Shown piece after piece: positions 39,078 to 48,045 of a stretch of DNA of 64,000 nt; positions within the stretch are counted from its first letter, which is position 1, and each line of letters begins with the position of its first letter. A model generated the notes under the pieces. It saw nothing but the letters and a program-made list of their open reading frames with translations. It was not told where the DNA came from and made no database searches. This DNA comes from an uncultured Rikenellaceae bacterium (lineage in GTDB: Bacteria; Bacteroidota; Bacteroidia; Bacteroidales; VadinHA17): the NCBI GenBank assembly GCA_964446435.1, contig CAYUOS010000001.1:6659-70658 (forward strand). Direction: 5' to 3'. The translations under genes were made by a program, and so were the position numbers.

Positions 39078-41000
39078 ATGAAAAGAATAGCCGGGTATAT
39101 TCCGTTGCTGGCACTTGCGACACTTGGTTTTGCCAGGGCAGAAGCCCAGAGCAGTGCAGTGACAATGAGGCAGTATGGCCTTACGAGGGATTTTACCGGC
39201 ACCGTTAATATTGATATTGATACCGCATTTTCGCTAGCTCACAGGGTGCGAAAGGCAGACCGGTACTCGGCATTCAATGCTTATCCCGGCAATTACGGCC
39301 TTCCGCTTTACCAGATAAACTTTTTCGACCGTAACAGAAACCCCGACCAGTTTCTCTATCAGTACTACTACCCGTTTATGTACACTCCCGGGAGGGCGGT
39401 TTTTGCAGACACCCAGGTTCCATTCACCGAGATGGTCTTCACCTACGCCGGTCCGGCCATCAATAAGGCCGAACAGACCTTCAGGGTGAGGCACACCCAT
39501 AACCTTAGCAGGTACCTCAACTTCGGGCTGATTTACGACATTGTCTACAGCCTGGGGCATTATTCTCATCAGAAGGCAGAAGACAAGAACTTCATCCTTC
39601 ACACATCGATGCTGAGGGAAAAGTACAGGTTCTACGCTGCACTTGGCATCAACAACCTCTACTCAAATGAGAATGGAGGTGTCGTCAACCCTGCAACAGT
39701 CGGGCAGTTCGATACGAGGGATGTCCCGACAAGGCTTGGGGGCCTTAACAGGGCTAAGAGCTCGTTGTTGAACCGCAATCTTCTCTTTGTGCAGCAATAC
39801 TCACCGACAGGATTCACTGAGGGTTCTGAAGCAGAGGATGCGAGCGGGCTTCTGGCCCGATTCAGTCATATTCTCACCGTCGAAACCAACAACCGCACCT
39901 ATTTTGATGCCATGCCGCGCTCAGGATTTTATGATACTGTATACGTTGCATCTTTAAGGGTGACGAATGACTCACTGAAGGCATTCATTGTCAGCAATAC
40001 CTTCAGGGCAGATTTCGGGTTCAGGACAAAAGGAGGCTTCGAGCTTCTGGCCGGCGGGGGCATCAGGCATGAGTATCATACCCATATGCAGATGATGCCC
40101 TATCTGTTCCCGAATGACTCAATAGGAGAATCACCGTTTTCATGGAACCATCAGAATGTCGCTGTTGTAGGCAGGATAGAGAACCGTATAGGCAGCAAAT
40201 TCGGCTGGCAGGCTGATGGCACCCTCTTCTTCGCGGGCCATCGTGCCGGTGACGTCGAGGCAAGAGGGGAGGCTCTCAGGGATTTCAACCTGAAAAAGGG
40301 TAAGTCAGAACTGGCAATCAGTGGTGGCTTTTCACGAACTACTCCATCTGTATGGTTCATGCGATGGGGCAGCAATCATTTCAAGTGGAGCACTGTGATG
40401 GACGGAAGGGAGTTTTCGGTAACCACAGGGGCTGCCTACAGGTATCCGGCACGATTATTCGAGGCCGTACTGAATTACTCTATCATCGATAATTACACCT
40501 ATTTCGGAAAGGATGCCCTGCCGGCTTTCCATACCGGAGCTCTCTCAGTTGCTGCCCTTACGGTTGACAAGACATTCAGGGCAGGCGGTTTCAGGTTCGG
40601 CACAAGGCTTTTATTACAGCAAAGCAGCAACGGTGATGTACTCGACCTTCCTCTTGCTACAGCCAGGGGAGCATTATGGTATGACAAGAACATATACTTT
40701 CAAATAACCGGAGGTAATCTTCATATTGAGACCGGTGTTGAGGCGTTCATTCATACCCCCTACAAAGCCATGACGTACATGCCTGCCACTGGCAGATATT
40801 ACAACCAGGAGACTGATGAGGTTGGAGGCTATCCGTTCGTAAATGTTTTTCTTAACGCCAAGATAAAGCGCACCAGGATTCTGCTATGCTTTGACCATAT
40901 AAACCAGGGTTTTACCGGTGGCAACTATTTTCTTTTGCCACGTTATCCGCTGAATGCCAGGGTTTTCAGGTATGGAATTGCCTGGACGTTCTACGATTAG
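39078..41000 (+). CDS. Putative outer-membrane beta-barrel/porin-like protein
   Basis: The signal peptide MKRIAGYIPLLALATLGFARAEAQ begins at the ATG at 39078. The track start at 38988 overlaps ftsZ. The sequence is rich in alternating aromatic/Gly beta-strand patterns and ends ...FRYGIAWTFYD*. Confidence 0.55.
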   Translation: MKRIAGYIPLLALATLGFARAEAQSSAVTMRQYGLTRDFTGTVNIDIDTAFSLAHRVRKADRYSAFNAYPGNYGLPLYQINFFDRNRNPDQFLYQYYYPFMYTPGRAVFADTQVPFTEMVFTYAGPAINKAEQTFRVRHTHNLSRYLNFGLIYDIVYSLGHYSHQKAEDKNFILHTSMLREKYRFYAALGINNLYSNENGGVVNPATVGQFDTRDVPTRLGGLNRAKSSLLNRNLLFVQQYSPTGFTEGSEAEDASGLLARFSHILTVETNNRTYFDAMPRSGFYDTVYVASLRVTNDSLKAFIVSNTFRADFGFRTKGGFELLAGGGIRHEYHTHMQMMPYLFPNDSIGESPFSWNHQNVAVVGRIENRIGSKFGWQADGTLFFAGHRAGDVEARGEALRDFNLKKGKSELAISGGFSRTTPSVWFMRWGSNHFKWSTVMDGREFSVTTGAAYRYPARLFEAVLNYSIIDNYTYFGKDALPAFHTGALSVAALTVDKTFRAGGFRFGTRLLLQQSSNGDVLDLPLATARGALWYDKNIYFQITGGNLHIETGVEAFIHTPYKAMTYMPATGRYYNQETDEVGGYPFVNVFLNAKIKRTRILLCFDHINQGFTGGNYFLLPRYPLNARVFRYGIAWTFYD

Positions 41001-41010
41001 AAAAAAATGC

Positions 41011-41018
41011 TATCTTTG
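41011..41018 (+). promoter_or_regulatory. -7 box (TAnnTTTG)
   Basis: TATCTTTG sits 36 nt upstream of the TTG start at 41055. Confidence 0.5.
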
Positions 41019-41054
41019 CACCCAATTTTTTAGTATTTACTAATTGTTCTTATT

Positions 41055-42473
41055 TTGAGAAGCAGATTATCAATTTATATAATAATATCATTCATTTTAT
41101 TCTTTTCATGCAGCAGGACCAACACCACCGAACATTCGGTGCAGACTTCCTGGCGTGATCTTGACGGAATAAAGGAACGAGGCAGGCTTGTGGCCGTCAG
41201 TGATTTCAATGCGACAAGCTACTTTATCTACAAGGGTGAGCCTATGGGGTTCAATTTCGAACTTCTGGGCGCTTTCGCCGCTCACCTTGGTGTTGAACTG
41301 GAGATCATCACAGAGAATGATCCGGTTAAAGCCCTTAACATGCTGAACATAGGAGAGGCTGACATACTTGCAATGGGTCTTCCTGTAACAGGTCCGTGGA
41401 GCGATCAGGTAAGGCTGACATCAACCATACACGAGACACGTGAAGTTCTGGTTCAGAGGAAGCCCGAACGCTGGAGAACCATGTCGCCTGAGAGGATAAG
41501 CTCGATGATGATAAGGGATCACCATGACCTTGGAGAGAAGGTTATATATATCCAGCGGGGGTCATGGTATACACGCAGGATCCAGCAATTGCAGAAGGAG
41601 ATAGGCGATACCATATATGCAGTTGAACTGCCATATGAAGTGGAAGGCCTGGTGTCACTTGTTGCGAGGGGTGAGATTGATTACACTCTTTGCGACGAGA
41701 ACTATGCCAGCGTTGCGCGCAGTATATATCCTGATATTGATGTTGATACACATGTAAGCTTTACCCAGAAGAGAGCATGGGCCATGCGCAGGCTTGAGTC
41801 TGATGACCTGGCAGAAGGGTTCAATTCATGGTTTGAGAGTTACCGTCGCACAGGCACTTACGCTCTTCTTTATGCGAAGTATTACCGGAATCCCCGGTCA
41901 GGTGTTATTCTGACGAGCCGTTACTATGGCAACAGCACAGGAAGGATATCTCCGTGGGATGAGCTTATCAGGCAATACAGCGACTCCATATCGTGGGACT
42001 GGAGGCTTTTAGCCTCCCTTATATATCAGGAGTCAAGGTTTGATCCCTACGTGACATCAAGGGCCGGGGCATACGGACTTATGCAGATAATGCCTGCCAC
42101 AGGGGCAAGGTACGGGATAGATGTGAATTCCTCGCCTGAGCATAACATCAGGGCAGGTGTAATGTATATAAGGTCACTCGAAAGGTTGTTCAGTGAGAGA
42201 ATCCCTGACCCTGACGAGAGACTTAAATTCATTCTTGCCTCGTACAATGCCGGACCGGGCCACGTGCTTGATGCAATGCGTCTTGCCGACAGCGAAGGAG
42301 GAGACTCAACCACCTGGCATGGAAGTGTTGAGGAGTATATACAGAAGAAATCAATACCTGATTATTACAATCATCCTGAGGTACAGCATGGCTTTTTCAG
42401 GGGCAGGGAGACTACGAGATTTGTAACTGACATTATGAAGCGGTACGATCATTACCGCAACATCATAAAGTAA
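41055..42473 (+). CDS. Membrane-bound lytic murein transglycosylase (MltF-like: solute-binding domain + SLT domain)
   Basis: Lipobox ILFFSCSR, an SBP-like N-terminal half, and the SLT catalytic block IYQESRFDPYVTSRAGAYGLMQIMPAT...ASYNAGPGHV. The start is apparently a TTG. Confidence 0.85.
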   Translation: MRSRLSIYIIISFILFFSCSRTNTTEHSVQTSWRDLDGIKERGRLVAVSDFNATSYFIYKGEPMGFNFELLGAFAAHLGVELEIITENDPVKALNMLNIGEADILAMGLPVTGPWSDQVRLTSTIHETREVLVQRKPERWRTMSPERISSMMIRDHHDLGEKVIYIQRGSWYTRRIQQLQKEIGDTIYAVELPYEVEGLVSLVARGEIDYTLCDENYASVARSIYPDIDVDTHVSFTQKRAWAMRRLESDDLAEGFNSWFESYRRTGTYALLYAKYYRNPRSGVILTSRYYGNSTGRISPWDELIRQYSDSISWDWRLLASLIYQESRFDPYVTSRAGAYGLMQIMPATGARYGIDVNSSPEHNIRAGVMYIRSLERLFSERIPDPDERLKFILASYNAGPGHVLDAMRLADSEGGDSTTWHGSVEEYIQKKSIPDYYNHPEVQHGFFRGRETTRFVTDIMKRYDHYRNIIK

Positions 42474-43104
42474 AGCTGATACCTTCCCTGTGGAAAAGGG
42501 TTATCAGTTCATGCAGCAGCATAGCTGTGGCACCCCATATTATGTAACCCTCATAATCATAATACTTTACATCAAGCATTTCGTTCCTTACCGGAAATGA
42601 TTTGACCTTAATGATTGAGGGATTGGCGAGTTTCTCAAGGTCGGCTTCAATTATATGCACCACCTCTGCCGGGTCTATGTCGATATTGGGTTTGCTGTTT
42701 TGCCAACCTATCACAGGTGTTACCTCGGTGTCGCTGACCGGTATGAAAAGAGGTGTAAGGCATCCCAGAACAGTGACTTCATCCGGATCGATACCGGTCT
42801 CTTCCGATGCTTCCCTGAGGGCTGTCTCTATCAGGTCAGTGTCTTTCTCCTCTGCCTTTCCACCGGGAAAGCTTATCTGGCCGCTGTGAACCCCTTTATA
42901 TGTGGGTCGCTGTATCAGGATTGTATTTAGAGACCTGTTGTCGGGGTAAATCAGAATCAGTACTGCGGCAAGCCTTGAGTCCTCCCTTTTAATCCTTGGA
43001 AAGTCCTTAATCATCCGGTCTGAGGATGCCATTTCCCACTGCACGCCGGTTCCGGGCAGCCCTTTACTGATGGCATCCCTAATTGTTTCGGGCAGGGGCT
43101 TCAT
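42463..43104 (-). CDS. NUDIX hydrolase (CoA pyrophosphatase-like)
   Basis: Nudix box GGKAEEKDTDLIETALREASEETGI. Confidence 0.85.
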   Translation of the reverse strand: MKPLPETIRDAISKGLPGTGVQWEMASSDRMIKDFPRIKREDSRLAAVLILIYPDNRSLNTILIQRPTYKGVHSGQISFPGGKAEEKDTDLIETALREASEETGIDPDEVTVLGCLTPLFIPVSDTEVTPVIGWQNSKPNIDIDPAEVVHIIEADLEKLANPSIIKVKSFPVRNEMLDVKYYDYEGYIIWGATAMLLHELITLFHREGISFTL

Positions 43105-43126
43105 AATTGCTTGCTGATGCAGATTC

Positions 43127-44512
43127 CTATTTGCGGAACTTCCTTACGAAATCTTCTACTTCAGGCACACCTCCCTGGTAAACGAGGTAGCCGTTATAGG
43201 GTTCCTTCTCGGTAATCTCATGACTTACCGGGGTAAGCATTATCCGCTTAATCTCTTCGGGATCGTCGCTCTGGCCCATTGCCCATCCGAGTTTTACCCA
43301 GGCCACCTCAGGAAGCATGTTGCCGAGAGGTATCACTCCCTTTGCCATCATGTCGCGGCCTGTTTCGTAAACGAACATGTGAACATATCCCCATATGGTT
43401 TGCAGGGTCATATAGACGCTGACGCCTTCCTCCTTTGCCCTTTCGAGGGCTGGATAGAGTTCCCTGTTCACATGCCCGAGACCGGTTCCGACGATTACAA
43501 TACCCTTGTAGCCCATGTCAATCAGCGAATGCATGATGTTGACGTCCATGTGCGGATAGTAGTAGAGCATGGTGACTTTCTCGCTGAAGTAGGGGAGTAT
43601 TTTTACCTGCTTATCCTTTCGCCTGTGTTTGTAATCCTTCTTCAGGTGGCTCAGACCGTTTCTTGTAACGGTTGCCACTGGTGTATCTCCTATGGTACGG
43701 AAGGTTGAGCGGTATGAGCTGTGCATCTTCCTCACCCTTGTACCACGGTGCAGGAATCCATACTCGTCTGAAGTGGGACCGAACATACAGACAAGCACCT
43801 CAGCGATGTCTCCATGTCCGGCAGCATACGATGCATGTATCAGGTTCAGGGCAGCATCTGATGACGGCCTGTCTGATGAGCGCTGCGAGCCTACCAGGAT
43901 GATCGGAACGGGTGAGTCCTGTATCATGAACGACAGGGCTGCTGCGGTGTGGTGAAGGGTGTCGGTGCCGTGGCCGATTACAATGCCGTCAACATTATTT
44001 GCAATCTCTTTACCGATAGCCCTGGCAAGGGTCATATACTGGTCGGGCCCCATGTTTTCACTGAAGACGGCGAAGAGTTTCTCTGTCGATATATTGCAGA
44101 CATCAGCCAGTTCGGGAACTGCTCCGTAGAGTTCTCCCGGTGAAAATGCGGGTATTACTGCGCCGGTGCGGTAGTCGAGCCTCGAGGCTATGGTTCCCCC
44201 GGTACCAAAAAGCTTAACGTTGGGCTTGTCTTCAGAGTAGGGGAACTCCTTTTCGGGAATCTTGTAGTTTGCCTTCTTGTAGCCCGTCTCCTTCATCGAA
44301 GTGATTGTAGAGATGTCGATGCCGATATTGTAGCCTGTGTCGATTTTGAGCACGATGTGCATGTCATCGTCATTTTCGGCCCTTGGAAGGACGGTTCCGC
44401 GAAAGGTGCCCCTGGTAGTCTCAATGACGGCCTGGCCCCACACCCTCACGTTGAAATTTCTCAATACATTGAGAGCTGCGCCCTTATAACCCTGAAATAT
44501 CTCTTCTGTCAT
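43127..44512 (-). CDS. gatD: Archaeal-type Glu-tRNA(Gln) amidotransferase subunit D (asparaginase-like glutaminase)
   Basis: 461 aa. A GatD-specific N-terminal domain is followed by asparaginase-family motifs FGTGGTIASRLDYRTGAV, GHGTDTLHHTAAALSF and LVGSQRSSDRPSSDAALNL. It starts 5 nt after the gatE stop. Confidence 0.85.
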   Translation of the reverse strand: MTEEIFQGYKGAALNVLRNFNVRVWGQAVIETTRGTFRGTVLPRAENDDDMHIVLKIDTGYNIGIDISTITSMKETGYKKANYKIPEKEFPYSEDKPNVKLFGTGGTIASRLDYRTGAVIPAFSPGELYGAVPELADVCNISTEKLFAVFSENMGPDQYMTLARAIGKEIANNVDGIVIGHGTDTLHHTAAALSFMIQDSPVPIILVGSQRSSDRPSSDAALNLIHASYAAGHGDIAEVLVCMFGPTSDEYGFLHRGTRVRKMHSSYRSTFRTIGDTPVATVTRNGLSHLKKDYKHRRKDKQVKILPYFSEKVTMLYYYPHMDVNIMHSLIDMGYKGIVIVGTGLGHVNRELYPALERAKEEGVSVYMTLQTIWGYVHMFVYETGRDMMAKGVIPLGNMLPEVAWVKLGWAMGQSDDPEEIKRIMLTPVSHEITEKEPYNGYLVYQGGVPEVEDFVRKFRK

Positions 44513-44517
44513 AGTTA

Positions 44518-46497
44518 CTATCCGTTGGAAATTTTCTCGCTGATTTTGCGGTGGAGCAATGCAAGGTCGGTGTTGCCGAGTGCCTGCTTGTGAACCTGGC
44601 CCATGAGCCAGTCTGCCGCTGCCGTCTCCCTGTCGGAGTGCCTTATCTCCCTGAATTTTTCGTTCAGGAACCCGATAGGAGCCAGCAACTCCTCGAGACT
44701 TTTTTTCTTGTAACCGACAATCGTCAGGACCGATCCGAATTCCATCTCGGGATTGTCGTAGATAACAGGCAGCATCAGTCTTGCTATTGAGTGATGTATC
44801 TTCTTCCCTGAAAGAAATCCAAACATGCCGTATATTTTCCTGTAGGAGAAGTGCTTATTGGGTTCTCTCTTGCCCTCAAGGTTTTTAAGGGTGTGTCCGA
44901 GGAAGCAGCCGATGAGTTTATGAGGGTAGCCGAAATCGTCGGCAATGCTTTCAATCATCGGCAGCAGGTTGCGGCTAAGGAGATATTTCCAGGTATCTTC
45001 CGGTATGCCCCAGCCGGCCATCTGCCGGAATCTTTCAGCTACTTCTGTCGGGAGATCCTCACTCAGTGAATCGATATAATCATTCGCGAGGGGGATTGGA
45101 GGAGAATCGGTATCGGGATACATACGGTCGCGGCCGGGAAGCACCCTTTCGAAGATTGTTGTACCGTCTTCAAATGATTTTCTGGTCTCGTTGGGTACGC
45201 CCTGGAATGCCAGCATAAACCTCTCTTCAACAGTCTCAATTGCGGTTGGTATGTCGTCATCGGGGCCCCACAGTACAATCTGTGCATCGGCGCCGTTTGC
45301 CCCCACGAATTTGCGTATTGTCTTGAAGTCTGTGGTGATACTTTTCGGGTCGATCTCTTCTGAGTGGACCATGTTTGGTTTTTCGATGCAGGCGATCACC
45401 TTCAGCCTGTCTGATATCTCGTCGGCAAATATTTTGCCCGGCTGGGTAAAGTGCGACAGTATACCCTGGCAGTCAGGCAGGTTGATGGCAATCACCCTGT
45501 AGCCCTTGTCGAGAGCCTCCCTTATTTCAGCCGATTGTACCACGGTATCGGCGAACCCGATCTCCTTCCATGAGATTTTCCAGTTGTCGGTATTCGCGAT
45601 CTTCTTCCTTAGCAACGACCGTATGTGAAGCAGTGCATACTGCCTGAATGATTCGTTGTGTGACAGTTCAGGTATCCATTTGTTATGCGCTACTCCCTTG
45701 ATTTCAACCCTGCTGCCACCCTCACAGCTGACATTCACATCCTCCCGTCCGGCCCCGATTCCTGTTCTCACGAGACCTGAGCTGCGGTTGAGAAACCTTA
45801 TATATTCTGCTGCCTCAGCAAGTTCGTCGGGTGTCTCCATATCGGGATATGTGACGGTCTCAATCAGGGGCATGCCCAGACGATCGGTCTTGTAGACACG
45901 CCTGTGTCCCACATCAGATATCTCGCGGCACGAATCCTCTTCAATGCTGAGCTGGATTACCCTGACCTTCTTGTTCTTAAGCTGGAGTTCCCCTTCCACC
46001 CCCAGGATGGCCGTTCTCTGAAAACCTGTCGGGATACTCCCGTCGAGGTACTGCTTGCGGGTAATATGGACTTCTCCAACGATGTTGAGCTTGCAGAGGA
46101 GAGATATCCTGAGTGCTATATCGAGAGCTTCCCTGTCGATTGGAAATGGCGGGGTGTCGTCAACCTCGTAGGTGCAGGCGGTCTCATTGTTTATGCGGTA
46201 GATAATCTCCTTCCGCGTCTTGAATTCCATCAGTGCTGTACCGTCATACACCCCCAGCTCACTAAGAGTTGGTCTCATGTGCCTTATAACCTCGGCATCG
46301 TAGTCGTTGTGGTCATGATATATTCCGGCCGGACAACGGCAGAAAAGCTTGCTTTTGGTATTTAGCTGCTGGTGGACTTCCAGTCCTGACTTGAATCCTA
46401 TTCTTCGGTAATCGGCTAAGGTGGCTTTCTTACGTTCCACATAACCAATGGCCTTCATCGTTTTGGCATAGTTCCTGGCCGGGTTGAATTTCTCCAT
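44518..46497 (-). CDS. gatE: Archaeal-type Glu-tRNA(Gln) amidotransferase subunit E
   Basis: GatB/E cradle motifs GFKSGLEVHQQLNTKSKLFCRCP and ITRKQYLDGSIPTGFQRTAIL. A long inserted domain lies between the cradle and the tail, as in GatE but not GatB. The tail domain is YqeY-like. The ATG at 46497 is preferred over the TTG at 46509. Confidence 0.85.
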   Translation of the reverse strand: MEKFNPARNYAKTMKAIGYVERKKATLADYRRIGFKSGLEVHQQLNTKSKLFCRCPAGIYHDHNDYDAEVIRHMRPTLSELGVYDGTALMEFKTRKEIIYRINNETACTYEVDDTPPFPIDREALDIALRISLLCKLNIVGEVHITRKQYLDGSIPTGFQRTAILGVEGELQLKNKKVRVIQLSIEEDSCREISDVGHRRVYKTDRLGMPLIETVTYPDMETPDELAEAAEYIRFLNRSSGLVRTGIGAGREDVNVSCEGGSRVEIKGVAHNKWIPELSHNESFRQYALLHIRSLLRKKIANTDNWKISWKEIGFADTVVQSAEIREALDKGYRVIAINLPDCQGILSHFTQPGKIFADEISDRLKVIACIEKPNMVHSEEIDPKSITTDFKTIRKFVGANGADAQIVLWGPDDDIPTAIETVEERFMLAFQGVPNETRKSFEDGTTIFERVLPGRDRMYPDTDSPPIPLANDYIDSLSEDLPTEVAERFRQMAGWGIPEDTWKYLLSRNLLPMIESIADDFGYPHKLIGCFLGHTLKNLEGKREPNKHFSYRKIYGMFGFLSGKKIHHSIARLMLPVIYDNPEMEFGSVLTIVGYKKKSLEELLAPIGFLNEKFREIRHSDRETAAADWLMGQVHKQALGNTDLALLHRKISEKISNG

Positions 46498-46693
46498 CTT
46501 TGTTTGCAAAATAGAGCAAGCAATTTAGCGAGTAACTTTGATTATTCAAAGTGTAGATAATCAGAAAGTTCGCAGGCTTTATTGATTACAATCGATTGGT
46601 CTGTTTGGGCAAAACAGGATAAGGATTTGTGGTTTGCGGCTTCAAAAAATAAATCAAAAGCCGTGAAGTAGCTAAAAAATTAGAATGTCAGGG

Positions 46694-47938
46694 TCAGTCG
46701 TATCTTATTGACTTTACCGGTGTGATTCTGCCGATAAGGCGGGCAGGGATAAGCAGCATCAGGATTATTGCGGCCATGGTTCCGGCATTGAGAATGATAA
46801 TGTGAACAGGGTCGAGGTTTATCGGTACGGTACTGAGATAATACGAAGCCGGGTCGAGGCTTATGAACCCTGTTGTCTTCTGCAGCCAGGCGAGGCCGAT
46901 ACCTATGAGGTTACCCCAGAAGAGGCCTTTCCCCGTGAGCCATGCAGCCTGGTAGAGGAAAGCCTTGCTGATCAGATTGTCGCCCGCACCTACTGCCTTG
47001 AGGATTCCTATCATGTTGGTTTTCTCGAGGATCAGAATCAGCAGGCCCGACACCATATTGAAACCGGCCACAATAAGCATCAGTACAATGATTACAATTA
47101 CGTTCAGATCCTGGAAATTGAGCCAGTCGAATATCTGCGGATACCGTAACCTTATGTTTGATACCTTGAGTCTCTCATCATCCTCGGTAATCTGGTAACC
47201 TATTGCATCGCGCACCACCCATGTGAGATACTCGAGGTCACGGAAATTGTCGATCACTATCTCGAAGCCGCTTACCTGGTCGTTTTCCCAACCATTGAGT
47301 CGCCTTATATGCCCTATGTCGCCGAATACATATATCCTGTCAAACTCCTCAAGACTGGTTTCATAGATTCCTGTTATCGTGAAGCGCCTTACCCTGGGCG
47401 GATCCTGCACGAAGTGCATTGCAAATGAGTCACCTGTCTTCAGCTCGAGCAGGTCGCACAGCTTTCTTGAAACCACCACGCTGTTTGTTGTTGCCGAGTC
47501 GTTCACTACGAATACCTCTCCCTCAACGAGGCTCGACGAGAAGAAGCTCCAGTCATAGTCGCTGCCCACTCCCTTCAGTACCACTCCCTGGATGTTTTCA
47601 TTTGCCTGAATGATGCCTGCCTTTGTTGCAAAGACCTGTATATGGCTTATTCCCGGTACCTTTTCCACCTTCCCGATAAACTCCTGGCTCATGCTTACCG
47701 GCGCTGTTTCGTATGAGATGTTCGAATCGAAGTTTATGACCTGGATGTGAGAGCCGAAACCGGCTACCTTGTCGCGAATCTCCTGCTTGAAGCCTGTAAG
47801 TATCGATATTGCAAGTATCATAACCGCCAGACCCAAAGCGATGCCTGTGATGGCTATCACATTGATGGGTCTCGAAAAGGAGGTATCTCCTTTACGATCC
47901 TTAATGAGTCTTTTTGCTATGAAATAGGGTGTATTCAT
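46694..47938 (-). CDS. FtsX/MacB-type ABC transporter permease (LolE-like lipoprotein-release permease)
   Basis: 414 aa with N-terminus FIAKRLIKDRKGDTSFSRPI, a large periplasmic loop and a C-terminal FtsX 3-TM bundle ending ...PVKSIRYD*. Confidence 0.85.
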   Translation of the reverse strand: MNTPYFIAKRLIKDRKGDTSFSRPINVIAITGIALGLAVMILAISILTGFKQEIRDKVAGFGSHIQVINFDSNISYETAPVSMSQEFIGKVEKVPGISHIQVFATKAGIIQANENIQGVVLKGVGSDYDWSFFSSSLVEGEVFVVNDSATTNSVVVSRKLCDLLELKTGDSFAMHFVQDPPRVRRFTITGIYETSLEEFDRIYVFGDIGHIRRLNGWENDQVSGFEIVIDNFRDLEYLTWVVRDAIGYQITEDDERLKVSNIRLRYPQIFDWLNFQDLNVIVIIVLMLIVAGFNMVSGLLILILEKTNMIGILKAVGAGDNLISKAFLYQAAWLTGKGLFWGNLIGIGLAWLQKTTGFISLDPASYYLSTVPINLDPVHIIILNAGTMAAIILMLLIPARLIGRITPVKSIRYD

Positions 47939-47951
47939 TTCATTAAAGGCT

Positions 47952-47959
47952 CAAAATTA
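47952..47959 (-). promoter_or_regulatory. -7 box (TAnnTTTG) for the lolE-like/gatE/gatD/nudix block
   Basis: The minus strand reads TAATTTTG, 13 nt upstream of the ATG at 47938. Confidence 0.45.
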
Positions 47960-48045
47960 ATAAATTTGAACCAATAAGATAACTTGCCGCCGGTTATCAG
48001 GTGGCCCGATTATCACATTTACAGATTATTCAAAAAACTGAAACT

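Noticed and set aside
45904-46365. 153-aa plus-strand ORF. A similar plus-strand ORF lies at 43220-43708.
   Set aside because: Both are antisense to the motif-supported gatE and gatD genes. I recognised no domains.
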